This document shows, one piece after another, positions 15,364 to 23,622 of a stretch of DNA of 62,304 nucleotides. A program made the translations under genes and the position numbers. Every line of letters starts with the position of its first letter. The first letter of the stretch is position 1. Source of the stretch: a virus; the IMG/VR virus record IMGVR_UViG_3300022745_000002, positions 1 through 62,304 of that record. One strand, 5' to 3'. The notes beneath the pieces are model-generated. The model searched no databases. It was not told where the DNA came from and was given only the letters and a program-made list of their open reading frames with translations.

Positions 15364-15650
15364 CCGTCGTCATCGGCAACGACTGGTACGTGATGTTCAA
15401 CGACCCGCTGTTCCGGCAGGGCTGGGTCGAGCACGCGCTCGGGATCCCGCGCGATCAGGCGCTGGTCGATCGCGACCTGTTCTACTCCTACGGCCGCATG
15501 CTGGCCGCCGAGAGCAAGCTGCCGCTGCCTGCCGTGGCGACGCACCTGACCGAGGAGATGCGCCGCGTCGTGCATGCCGTGCCGTCCTTCGTCGAGCTGA
15601 TGGTCTACAGCAACTACGCCGAGAAGATCGGCCTGAAGAGGAACATGTGA
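15360..15650 (+). CDS. Hypothetical protein (96 aa)
   Basis: ATGA overlap. Confidence 0.6.
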   Translation: MTVVIGNDWYVMFNDPLFRQGWVEHALGIPRDQALVDRDLFYSYGRMLAAESKLPLPAVATHLTEEMRRVVHAVPSFVELMVYSNYAEKIGLKRNM

Positions 15651-15970
15651 TGACGACCAAGGAAGAGTATCTGGCGCTTGCGGAACGCTGCGAGCGGGAG
15701 GAGCCGGGCGCTGATTTGGATTCGGCCATTTGGAAAGCGCTATTCCCCGCCGAGCCTTCCGCCAATTGGGAAGATTACACATCCAGCCTCGACGCCGCCG
15801 TGACGCTGGTGCCAAACGGAAATGGGTACATCGCGGGCAAGAAAAGCATCGACACTGCTGACGGCGTTGTGTTCGGTTCCGAGCGCACCGTGCGCGTGAC
15901 CGCATCAACTCCCGCACTCGCTCTCTGCGCCGCCGCCCTTCGCGCCCGCGCTGCATTGGTGAAGCCATGA
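15647..15970 (+). CDS. Hypothetical protein (107 aa)
   Basis: GTGATGA overlap with the preceding gene. Confidence 0.6.
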   Translation: MMTTKEEYLALAERCEREEPGADLDSAIWKALFPAEPSANWEDYTSSLDAAVTLVPNGNGYIAGKKSIDTADGVVFGSERTVRVTASTPALALCAAALRARAALVKP

Positions 15971-16245
15971 CAGAAGCATCTGATGCAGTGGAAGCTGCGC
16001 ACAAGTTGATTCAAACAACGGAGCGCATGGCAAACGAGGCCGTCATGGATATGCATTTATGGAACGTGCATTCAAATGCGGCGCTTACCGTCGCCCGCGC
16101 CTTCCTCGCACAGCGGGAGGCGTTGGAAGAGATAGCAAGACAGGAATTGACGGCCGACATGGGCGTTGACGATCAACTAGGCGGCGATTTTGAAGGCGCT
16201 TACGACTGGATGATCGAACGTGCCCGCGCCGCCCTGCTCGCATGA
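15967..16245 (+). CDS. Hypothetical protein (92 aa)
   Basis: ATGA overlap. Confidence 0.6.
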   Translation: MTEASDAVEAAHKLIQTTERMANEAVMDMHLWNVHSNAALTVARAFLAQREALEEIARQELTADMGVDDQLGGDFEGAYDWMIERARAALLA

Positions 16246-16284
16246 TCGAGATCCAGATCGATTTCGAAAGGAAGAAGGGACAAC

Positions 16285-16584
16285 ATGCCTCGACGTAACA
16301 CACCCCAGCTCGCCGCCCGGCAGCGGGCCAGCAACCTCGAGTTCAACGTGCGGCACGCGACCACGATCGCGCACGTGCGTGGACGCCTGCTCGCGCATGC
16401 CGCGCGCTGCCGCCGGGAGAAGGGCTACAGGGCACTCGACGGCCAGAACCGTGTCGATTGCGCGATCGGCCTAGCCGGGCTCGCCAGCAAGCTCGGTGAC
16501 CGCGTGCGCCGGCGCATGTCGATCCACTTCTACCTCGACCGCGCGATCGAGATCGTCAACCTGCTCGACCGGAGGAATGCGTGA
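16285..16584 (+). CDS. Hypothetical basic protein (99 aa)
   Basis: GGAAGAAGGG ribosome-binding site upstream of the ATG. Confidence 0.5.
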   Translation: MPRRNTPQLAARQRASNLEFNVRHATTIAHVRGRLLAHAARCRREKGYRALDGQNRVDCAIGLAGLASKLGDRVRRRMSIHFYLDRAIEIVNLLDRRNA

Positions 16585-16778
16585 GCGCGACGGTCAAACA
16601 CCAACGTGGCGCAGACATTGGCGCCGAAGGTCGCACGCTTTGCGGCGTGTATTGGCGCATCTTTGATGCCGCATCAGCTGCACCACCATTTGGACTGCTG
16701 CTGGCACCAACCAAGGACGCGGTCACGTGCAAGTCGTGCCGTCGCATCATCGATCGCGTGAAGAAAGGAAAACCATGA
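16581..16778 (+). CDS. Small Cys-containing protein (65 aa)
   Basis: GTGA overlap. TCKSCRRI motif. Confidence 0.5.
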   Translation: MSATVKHQRGADIGAEGRTLCGVYWRIFDAASAAPPFGLLLAPTKDAVTCKSCRRIIDRVKKGKP

Positions 16779-17104
16779 GCACGATCATCACACGCCCGGC
16801 CTTCGAAGGGCCGCACATACTCGCGACGACGGCACCGACGCTGCTTGCGATGAACGAGGCCTGCCGCCAGATGGATCTCGCGCAGCAGGTGCTGCAGAAC
16901 TACGTCGATGCCAAGCGGCAAGGCAAGATCATCAACTGCTTCGTCTGGCGCACGGCGGTCGAGCTGACGGGCATGGGCAAGGTGTGGAAGGACAAGCGCG
17001 GGCACCGCACCTTGCATCGGGTGCGCGTGACTTATGGCGACTGGGCCGCGCTCGACGCGCTGATCGAGGAGGCGCTTGCACATTACGCGGCGCAGAAGTC
17101 ATGA
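16775..17104 (+). CDS. Hypothetical protein (109 aa)
   Basis: ATGA overlap. Tail of the 16727 track ORF. Confidence 0.6.
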   Translation: MSTIITRPAFEGPHILATTAPTLLAMNEACRQMDLAQQVLQNYVDAKRQGKIINCFVWRTAVELTGMGKVWKDKRGHRTLHRVRVTYGDWAALDALIEEALAHYAAQKS

Positions 17105-17298
17105 GCGAGTGGGTCTTAATCGTCATCCTGATCGGCGGCTACAACGGCGCGCCCTCGGTGAGCGTCGTGCGCCTGCCGACGCAGCAGGCCTGCATCGACG
17201 TCGGCGACGCGACGCGGCACCTGTGGTCGATGATCGTGTCGCGTACGCAGTACACCTGCGTCGAGATCAAGCAGACATCACCGAGGAGAACACCATGA
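17101..17298 (+). CDS. Small protein with an N-terminal hydrophobic segment (65 aa)
   Basis: ATGA overlap. Begins MSEWVLIVILIGG. Confidence 0.5.
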   Translation: MSEWVLIVILIGGYNGAPSVSVVRLPTQQACIDVGDATRHLWSMIVSRTQYTCVEIKQTSPRRTP

Positions 17299-17612
17299 AC
17301 GCCGACGACCGCCGCCCAATGAACCCGTGGATGCCGATGACATCGGCGATCGACAAAAAGCACATCGGCAAGCTGCTCGAGGAACTCGGTGAAGCCGTGG
17401 CCGCCGCCAGCCGGTGCCTGATACAGGGTATCGACGAGAAGGAACCCGTCACCGGCAAGCCGAACAAAGAGTGGCTCGAGGACGCGTTTGCCGACGTCCT
17501 CGCCAACATTGCTCTCGTGACCGAGCACTTCAGGCTCGATCAAAATCGCATGCGCATACGCTGCGACCGCAAGGTAGAGATGCTGCGCACGTGGCATGCG
17601 ATGCTGTCATGA
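17295..17612 (+). CDS. MazG-like all-alpha NTP pyrophosphohydrolase candidate
   Basis: KLLEELGEAVAA...EWLEDAFADVLANIALV resembles the EExGE...E..D metal-binding helices. Family assignment is by eye only. Confidence 0.6.
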   Translation: MNADDRRPMNPWMPMTSAIDKKHIGKLLEELGEAVAAASRCLIQGIDEKEPVTGKPNKEWLEDAFADVLANIALVTEHFRLDQNRMRIRCDRKVEMLRTWHAMLS

Positions 17613-17728
17613 GCGAGTATTTCATTCAGGTCTTCCTGTTCTGCGCGTTCTTCTGCGCGGGCTTCCTGATCGGGTTGCGCATGGGCTTCAAGGTCGCGGC
17701 ACGTGCGGTGTTGGAGAGGAGCAACTAG
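17609..17728 (+). CDS. Small membrane protein (39 aa)
   Basis: ATGA overlap. FIQVFLFCAFFCAGFLIGL is a transmembrane segment. Confidence 0.4.
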   Translation: MSEYFIQVFLFCAFFCAGFLIGLRMGFKVAARAVLERSN

Positions 17729-17730
17729 CG

Positions 17731-17928
17731 ATGTCAGCCAACGACAATATGGAACATATCGGCGTTGCCAAGACAGTCGCGATCGCGCAGCTCGTCAATA
17801 TCGTGCGCATCGAGCTGCCGTTCGCCGATAGCGCCGAGGCCAAGAAGGTTTACGACGAACTGGTCGAGCGCGCGAAGACACACGGCAAGGTGTCGCTCAC
17901 TTTTTCGTCGCCCTCGGAGGTGTCATGA
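17731..17928 (+). CDS. Hypothetical protein (65 aa)
   Basis: Packed in the operon. Confidence 0.55.
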   Translation: MSANDNMEHIGVAKTVAIAQLVNIVRIELPFADSAEAKKVYDELVERAKTHGKVSLTFSSPSEVS

Positions 17929-18182
17929 GCAAGGTAATCCACTGCGGCTGGGGTATGTCGAACGGTCGGCCGATATGTTGCTCGACGCGAGAGCCGGAAA
18001 CGACGCTGGCACCTGAGCACATCACGTGCCTTCGGTGTCTCGCGCAGCTGGCGCGCGGCGCGGAACGCGAAGCCGAGCGGTTGTTCGCGCGCGCCAACAA
18101 TGAGTTGAGCGAGGCGAATGACTGGCGCCGCCGGATGCGTCGCGTGACGGCGGCGCGCGCGGTAGTGGAAAGGCACAAGTAA
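17925..18182 (+). CDS. Cys-rich small protein (85 aa)
   Basis: ATGA overlap. Motifs HCGWG, ICCST and CLRC. Confidence 0.55.
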   Translation: MSKVIHCGWGMSNGRPICCSTREPETTLAPEHITCLRCLAQLARGAEREAERLFARANNELSEANDWRRRMRRVTAARAVVERHK

Positions 18183-18183
18183 A

Positions 18184-18486
18184 ATGCTGAACTACAACGG
18201 CATGCAAATCGTCATCGACGATAAGGTGCTCGCCAGCACCAGCGAGTTCTTGTTCCCGCCGTCACGGCATCGCAGCAGGCGGATCCACAAGAAGCTGGTG
18301 AAGCGCTTCGGCGGCGAGGTGCGCATGAAGCCTGCGTGCTGGAAGATTGGCGACAAGCTCTACATACATTCGACCATATGGTCGGAGCTGCAGAAGCATG
18401 TGCATCGATCACCGATTATTTCGTACGAATGTTTGCAAGAGATGCCGCGCGTCTATTGGAGTGCCGCGCAGGATATCACCAGATGA
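18184..18486 (+). CDS. Hypothetical protein (100 aa)
   Basis: Starts 2 nt after the previous stop. AT-richer codons. Confidence 0.55.
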   Translation: MLNYNGMQIVIDDKVLASTSEFLFPPSRHRSRRIHKKLVKRFGGEVRMKPACWKIGDKLYIHSTIWSELQKHVHRSPIISYECLQEMPRVYWSAAQDITR

Positions 18487-18755
18487 TCATTCACGAGCTC
18501 ACCGACGACGGCGTCAAGATCGGCAACGGTTACAGCGGCACGACGCGCTGCGGCGCGATCGGCACGATGGTCATGCGCGATGGGCGCCGCCACATCCAGA
18601 CGGAGAGCAAGGCGCTGTTCGCCCTGTCGCTGCTCACGCGCATGCACGAGGAGGGGCCGCTCGAGAAACGCATGATGCTCGAGCTCGAGCCGACGACGTG
18701 CAAGCACTGCGTTCAGCTCGCGCAACGCCGTCGGCGCCGATCGGTTGCGAGGTAA
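18483..18755 (+). CDS. Hypothetical protein (90 aa)
   Basis: ATGA overlap. Tail of the 18336 track ORF. Confidence 0.55.
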   Translation: MIIHELTDDGVKIGNGYSGTTRCGAIGTMVMRDGRRHIQTESKALFALSLLTRMHEEGPLEKRMMLELEPTTCKHCVQLAQRRRRRSVAR

Positions 18756-18789
18756 TTGACCGTGCGCTGGAGATGCGCCTAGATAGCAA

Positions 18790-18828
18790 AACGGCCCGCC
18801 CTCTCGCGAGTGCGGGCCGTCCTACTTC
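18790..18828 (+). terminator. Terminator-like hairpin upstream of the primase-helicase gene
   Basis: ACGGCCCGC-12 nt-GCGGGCCGT followed by CCTACTTCC. Preceded by TTGACC-N17/18-(C)TAGAT(A) at 18755-18784. Confidence 0.45.
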
Positions 18829-18843
18829 CGCCCACCACAGGCA

Positions 18844-21246
18844 GTGGCCCAACCCGCAGTCGGAGACTACAAATTGAAAGCCGCAGATTTCCTAGCGCAC
18901 ATCTTCGCCGATTGCAACGGCGTCCCCGTCACGGCGACCAAGGCCGACGGCTATAACTCGCGGCGCTGGTCGCCCGGCATCGACCCGCCCGAGGGCGTGA
19001 CCTACTTCTGCATCTCGACGGTGCGCGACGTGAAGCGCTCGCGCGTGCTCGGCCGCCAGACCGAGGATCTCGTGCTCACCTACGTGATCGTGCTCGACGA
19101 TGTGGGCACCAAGGTTCCACGGGAAACAATCCGGTTAAAACCCTCTTATATCCTCGAAAGCTCGGCCGGGAATTTCCAGTACGGCTACGTGCTCGCCGAC
19201 GGCATCGACCCGGCGCGCGCGGCGGCGGTGATCGAGGCGCTGGCGGCGGCGGGCTACACCGACAAGGGGTCGAAGCGGGCCGATCGCATCATGCGCGTGC
19301 CGGGCTCCCTGAACGACAAGTACGACCCGCCCTTCGTGTCGCGGATCGTCGAGTGGAGCCCCGGGGTCGACTACACCCTGTCGGAGCTCTGCGTCGGCTT
19401 CGACGTCGTGCCGACCGATACGGCGGCGCAGGGTGCGCTTCAGCCGCTGGCCGAGGGCGAGGTCGACCCGGTCTTCGAATGGCTGCAGGCGCACGGTCAC
19501 GTGCTGGGCGGCCCCAACGCCCGGGGCTGGTACCCGGTGCGCTGCCCACAGGAGGCCCAGCACAGCGGCGAGGTCGACCACGGCACGGACTACATGCCGG
19601 GCAACCCGGGCGCCTTTGTCTGTCTCCATGGCCACTGCCAGACCTACCGCACCGCCCAGCTGCGGTCGTGGATCCTGCAGCAGGATCCGGCGGCCGAGGT
19701 CGGCGTCATCGACCGGCAGCAGGTGGCACTGGTCGGGCAGAGACTGGGGGCGGCCCTCGGATTGGATCTATCGGCCGCCCCGTCGCAAGATCGCCTTCGG
19801 CCAACCGAAGGGTCCGGCGACAGCGGCAGCCTAGCTGCCCTTTACGCGGCCCTGCAAGCGGCGGCGGGCCCCGGTACCATCTTCCACCGCCCGGCACCGC
19901 CCGAGGCCACCCAAAGCCTCTCCCAGCGCCTTGCAGCGGCCATCGGCGCGATCTTCCTCGACCCGTCCCTCCTCCCCGACCCCGACACCCTGCCGAACGG
20001 CAACGCGGCCCGCCATCAGGCGGTAACTGCACCGCGAGTGCATCATGTCATGAGCCTGATCGGCATGACGGCCCGGCAGAACGTGCTCACGAACGCGATC
20101 GAGTGCAAATTCTCGTCGTTCGAGGGGTATGATTTCAGTACCGATGCATCGGAAGGGGCTGTCGACGTGCTCGTCCACGCCTGTGTTCGATGCGGCATGC
20201 GTGGTGCGGAGGCGGTTCGGCAGGCCCTTGCAAATTATGCATCGGAACGGCGCTACAGCCCTGTCGCGGAATGGATCCTGTCTGCACCGTGGGATGGTGT
20301 CAGCCGTCTTCCGGCGCTGTACGACACGATCAAAATGCGCGATCCGTCGATGGATGGGTGGAAACAGGTCGCCATCCGACGCTGGTGCATCCAAACCATT
20401 GCTGCGATTAGAAACTGGGAGCCGGGCTTTGCGCCCGAGAGCGTCGGCCATGTGCTGGTGCTGCAGGGCGAGCAGGGTGCAGGCAAGTCGTTCTGGGCCG
20501 GGTCGCTGATGCCCGCCCAGTGGCGCACGCTGGGCATGTCGCTGAAGCTCGACCACGGCGAGCGCGACGCGGTGAAGCGGGCCACCTCCACGCCGATCAC
20601 CGAGCTGGCCGAGGTCGACGGGTCGTTCCGGCGATCGGACACGGCGTCGCTCAAGAACTTCCTCACGGCGCCGGTCGACATCTACCGGCCGCCGTATGGC
20701 CGTATCGAGCTCTCCAAGCCGCGTGGGACGTCGTTCATCGCCTCGGTGAACCCGGAAGGGTTCCTGCTCGACCAGACTGGCGAGCGGCGCTTCTGGCCGC
20801 TGGCGGTGGAGAGCTGCAACTACGAGCACGGCATCGACATGCAGCAGTTCTGGGCCGAGGTCTGGACCCTGTACGAGGCGGGCGAGATCTTCTGGCTCGA
20901 GAAGGGCCGGGAGCAGCACCTGCATGCGCTGGCGTCGGCGGCGCACCATGCCGACACCGACGTCACTTTCATCGTCGAGGATCTGGCCGTGCGGCGACAG
21001 GCCTTTTGCGACCAGAAGTTGTGGGTGCACGCCAACGCCAGAGAGCTCGCCCGGCACTACGGCGTGAAGGGTCTGCCGAGCGTTTATCAGGATCTTGCGG
21101 AGGCCCTGAGACGCGAAAAGTACCGGGGTGCAGTGGTGAAGGGAAAAAGGGGGTTTTTCCTGCCGCCGTTCGAACAATCGCTGTCGGCCGCGCAGATCGC
21201 TGGGTTCAAGGTCATTAGCGGGGGTGCACTGGACGAAAATAAATAG
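18844..21246 (+). CDS. Primase-helicase (VirE/D5-like, with a zinc-binding primase region and a P-loop NTPase)
   Basis: CPQEAQHSGEVDHGTDYMPGNPGAFVCLHGHC zinc motif. Walker A LQGEQGAGKS. 800 aa. Confidence 0.9.
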   Translation: MAQPAVGDYKLKAADFLAHIFADCNGVPVTATKADGYNSRRWSPGIDPPEGVTYFCISTVRDVKRSRVLGRQTEDLVLTYVIVLDDVGTKVPRETIRLKPSYILESSAGNFQYGYVLADGIDPARAAAVIEALAAAGYTDKGSKRADRIMRVPGSLNDKYDPPFVSRIVEWSPGVDYTLSELCVGFDVVPTDTAAQGALQPLAEGEVDPVFEWLQAHGHVLGGPNARGWYPVRCPQEAQHSGEVDHGTDYMPGNPGAFVCLHGHCQTYRTAQLRSWILQQDPAAEVGVIDRQQVALVGQRLGAALGLDLSAAPSQDRLRPTEGSGDSGSLAALYAALQAAAGPGTIFHRPAPPEATQSLSQRLAAAIGAIFLDPSLLPDPDTLPNGNAARHQAVTAPRVHHVMSLIGMTARQNVLTNAIECKFSSFEGYDFSTDASEGAVDVLVHACVRCGMRGAEAVRQALANYASERRYSPVAEWILSAPWDGVSRLPALYDTIKMRDPSMDGWKQVAIRRWCIQTIAAIRNWEPGFAPESVGHVLVLQGEQGAGKSFWAGSLMPAQWRTLGMSLKLDHGERDAVKRATSTPITELAEVDGSFRRSDTASLKNFLTAPVDIYRPPYGRIELSKPRGTSFIASVNPEGFLLDQTGERRFWPLAVESCNYEHGIDMQQFWAEVWTLYEAGEIFWLEKGREQHLHALASAAHHADTDVTFIVEDLAVRRQAFCDQKLWVHANARELARHYGVKGLPSVYQDLAEALRREKYRGAVVKGKRGFFLPPFEQSLSAAQIAGFKVISGGALDENK

Positions 21247-21249
21247 GCG

Positions 21250-21510
21250 GCGGGACAAGGTGTTAGGGCCACTAGGGTGATGTGAGGATGCAGCGGAAGG
21301 TTTCCACTGCACCCTCTGAAAAATGTTTGATAATCAACGTACTAGGTTCAATAGGGTGTAAGGGTGCAGTGGAATTGTATTGTGAGGGGATAATACATAG
21401 AGATAGTTATCATATATGTACTAATATAACAGTCAGGGGAATATATAGGATTTCGGTGCACCCTCTGCACCCGCGATAGCCGGGCGGATATAACGCTTCA
21501 GGTCGAAATG
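21250..21510. other. Putative replication origin: AT-rich core flanked by short GC-rich repeats
   Basis: The most AT-rich stretch I noticed in the window (21385-21450). Exact inverted 12-mer CCACTGCACCCT (21304-21315) / AGGGTGCAGTGG (21361-21372). GTGCACCCTCTGCACCC at 21456-21472. AGGGGA-AATA-ATAG occurs twice. Lies directly downstream of the primase-helicase. Confidence 0.45.
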
Positions 21511-21514
21511 GCAG

Positions 21515-21543
21515 TTGACATAGGTGGGCCACTAGCCGATAAC
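21515..21543 (+). promoter_or_regulatory. Promoter cassette E
   Basis: TTGACATAGGTGGGCCACTAGCCGATAAC, followed by GGAGCTTCCCATG at 21577-21590. Confidence 0.6.
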
Positions 21544-21587
21544 GCTCACGCGACCAATCGGGCGCAACCACCACCACGGAGCTTCCC

Positions 21588-22499
21588 ATGACGATCGACA
21601 CTTGCAACCTCAACGACGATATCTCGGACCTGTTCGGTGGCACGCCGACGGGTGAGCGCCGCCAGCTGCCGATGGACGAGGCCAGCGTGCGCATCCGGGC
21701 CACGGTGCCGGTGTTCGCCGAGACCTGCCCGAAGTGCAAGGGCTCGGGCCGGTTCACGAGTTACAGCGGCCGCACACTCGGCCAGTGCTTCACCTGCAAG
21801 GGCGCGGGCAAGCGCACGTTCAAGACGGCGCCCGAGGTTCGCGAGCGTGCCCGCGATCGGGCGGCCGAGCAGCGGGCGACTGTCGTGGCCGACCACAAGG
21901 CCGAGATCCAGTGGCTGATTACGAAGCTGCAATCGCCTCGTCTGCCCGAGGGCTACGCCGCCATGCTGCGTGACTTCCTCGACAAGCTCAGCAACGGCCG
22001 CTCGCTTACCGACGGGCAGCTTGCCGTCGTCACCAAGGGCATGGCTCGCGATGCCGAGTATGCCGCCCAGCGTGCGCAGCAGGCCGAGCAGCGCATGCAG
22101 GCTGCTCCGCTCGTGGATGTCAGCAAGCTGGTGGCAGCGTTCGAGTTCCGTGCGAAGGCTGCCAAGAAGGCAATCCTTCGCTTCAATGGCGTGACGCTCT
22201 CGTTGAAGAACGATGGTGTCACGATTTACGTGAAGTCGACCGATCGCAAGGTCGAGGGCCAGTATGGTCTGCAGGGCGAGTATCTCGGCAAGATCGTCGA
22301 AGGTCGCTTCGTCGCCACGCGGGCTTGCACGCCTGCGGATATCGAGGCGCTCAAGGTTGCGGCTGCGGATCCTCTGGTCGCCGCTGTCGCCTACGGTCGC
22401 ACGACGTCGAGCTGCAGCTGCTGTGGCCTGACGCTCACCAATGCCCTGTCGATCGAGCTGGGCATCGGCCCGATCTGCCGTTCGAAGTGGGGGTTCTGA
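21588..22499 (+). CDS. Zinc-finger protein with two DnaJ-type CxxCxGxG repeats and a C-terminal CxxCG...GIGPxC ribbon
   Basis: CPKCKGSGR, CFTCKGAGK and CSCCGLTLTNALSIELGIGPIC. The last resembles a DUF6011-type motif from memory. Confidence 0.8.
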   Translation: MTIDTCNLNDDISDLFGGTPTGERRQLPMDEASVRIRATVPVFAETCPKCKGSGRFTSYSGRTLGQCFTCKGAGKRTFKTAPEVRERARDRAAEQRATVVADHKAEIQWLITKLQSPRLPEGYAAMLRDFLDKLSNGRSLTDGQLAVVTKGMARDAEYAAQRAQQAEQRMQAAPLVDVSKLVAAFEFRAKAAKKAILRFNGVTLSLKNDGVTIYVKSTDRKVEGQYGLQGEYLGKIVEGRFVATRACTPADIEALKVAAADPLVAAVAYGRTTSSCSCCGLTLTNALSIELGIGPICRSKWGF

Positions 22500-22603
22500 T
22501 GGAATACGATGTTGCTGAAATCGACGCGATGATCGACTACTGTCTCGTGTCAGAGGATGCAATGTATCCCGACGATCCGATGTACGAAGAGGAGGATCGA
22601 TGA
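22499..22603 (+). CDS. Small acidic protein (34 aa)
   Basis: TGATG overlap with the preceding gene. Below the track threshold. Confidence 0.35.
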   Translation: MEYDVAEIDAMIDYCLVSEDAMYPDDPMYEEEDR

Positions 22604-22866
22604 TCGAAGTCACGCCCGCCTATCTCGACAAGCAGCTCACGCAGCTGGACATGCAGAATGTCGAGCTCGCGCGCATCGCCGACGTGGCGCCGACCAGCGT
22701 GCAGCGATGGTTGAACGGTTCGAGCCCGGTGCCGAGGTCGATCGTCGTGATGCTCGAGCTGATGATCCACATCAAGAAGGGCTACGAGCTCACGCAGCCC
22801 GGCAAGATCTCGATGATCTGGGCAGAGCCGCCAGCGTTGCAGAACCTCGCCGGGAGGAAACGGTGA
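22600..22866 (+). CDS. Cro/XRE-like helix-turn-helix DNA-binding protein
   Basis: NVELARIADVAPTSVQRWLNGSSPVP fits a helix-turn-helix. Confidence 0.7.
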   Translation: MIEVTPAYLDKQLTQLDMQNVELARIADVAPTSVQRWLNGSSPVPRSIVVMLELMIHIKKGYELTQPGKISMIWAEPPALQNLAGRKR

Positions 22867-23042
22867 GGAAGCACTACCAGCGTCAGGGCTACAACGATAT
22901 CATGCGCATGCGCGCCAAGCAGCAGGTGCCGAAGAAGACCTCGTCGGAGGTCTGGGCGATGCTCAGGGATCTGCTGTTCAGCTGCTGCATGCTCTTCCTT
23001 GCGGCGTTCTTGATCGTGATCTTGGCCTCGATCAAATGGTGA
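22863..23042 (+). CDS. Small C-terminally anchored membrane protein (59 aa, GTG start)
   Basis: LLFSCCMLFLAAFLIVILASI is a transmembrane segment. GTGA overlap. Confidence 0.4.
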   Translation: MRKHYQRQGYNDIMRMRAKQQVPKKTSSEVWAMLRDLLFSCCMLFLAAFLIVILASIKW

Positions 23043-23611
23043 TGCTACAAAATATTCAAGAAGCGCGGGCAACGATTTGTGCGCGGCACTACACCCGATC
23101 GTGGCCATCGGGAAAGTCGTTGGTATACACGTATGAAGACGCGATTGTGGTGATGTCTATTCCGGCTAATTACAACACGGCGCGTTGGCTTGGCTGCGAA
23201 GCTAATCGAGTATGGGAATTGACGCGATTGTGGGCTCCAGATGGGCACCGTAAAAATTTACTGACCGAAGCGATCGCATATGCGTGCGCTGAATTTCATC
23301 GTGAAGATCTGGCTGACGCTTTGGTGTCGTATGCCGATCCTAATGCCGGGCACGGTGGAGGTGTCTACAAAGCGGCATCATGGACATTCCTTGGACAGTC
23401 CGAAGAAGCACGTGCGTATCGAACGGCTGATGGTCAAATTATTTCGCGTCGCAAGTTTCATTCAGGGTCCAAATCGATGAAGAAAGCTGAGATACTTGCT
23501 CTCGGTTACAATGAGCTTCGGCTTCCCGGGAAGCTTCGTTTTGCGCGCGGTTTAAACCGCCGAGGCAAGAAAGCTGTACGCCTAAAAATGCAGATGCTAC
23601 AAAATGCGTAG
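23036..23611 (+). CDS. mom: Mom-family (GNAT-like) DNA adenine modification enzyme candidate
   Basis: ARHYTRSWPSG..., WELTRLW and LVSYADPNAGHGGGVYKAASWTFLG match my recollection of the Mu Mom family signature. The gene is clearly AT-richer than its flanks. Confidence 0.7.
   Translation: MVMLQNIQEARATICARHYTRSWPSGKSLVYTYEDAIVVMSIPANYNTARWLGCEANRVWELTRLWAPDGHRKNLLTEAIAYACAEFHREDLADALVSYADPNAGHGGGVYKAASWTFLGQSEEARAYRTADGQIISRRKFHSGSKSMKKAEILALGYNELRLPGKLRFARGLNRRGKKAVRLKMQMLQNA
23041..23053 (+). repeat. 13-bp direct repeat GATGCTACAAAAT, left boundary of the Mom cassette
   Basis: Exact copy at 23593-23605. Confidence 0.9.
23593..23605 (+). repeat. 13-bp direct repeat GATGCTACAAAAT, right boundary of the Mom cassette
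   Basis: Exact copy of 23041-23053. Confidence 0.9.
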
Positions 23612-23622
23612 CGAGGTGTTAC

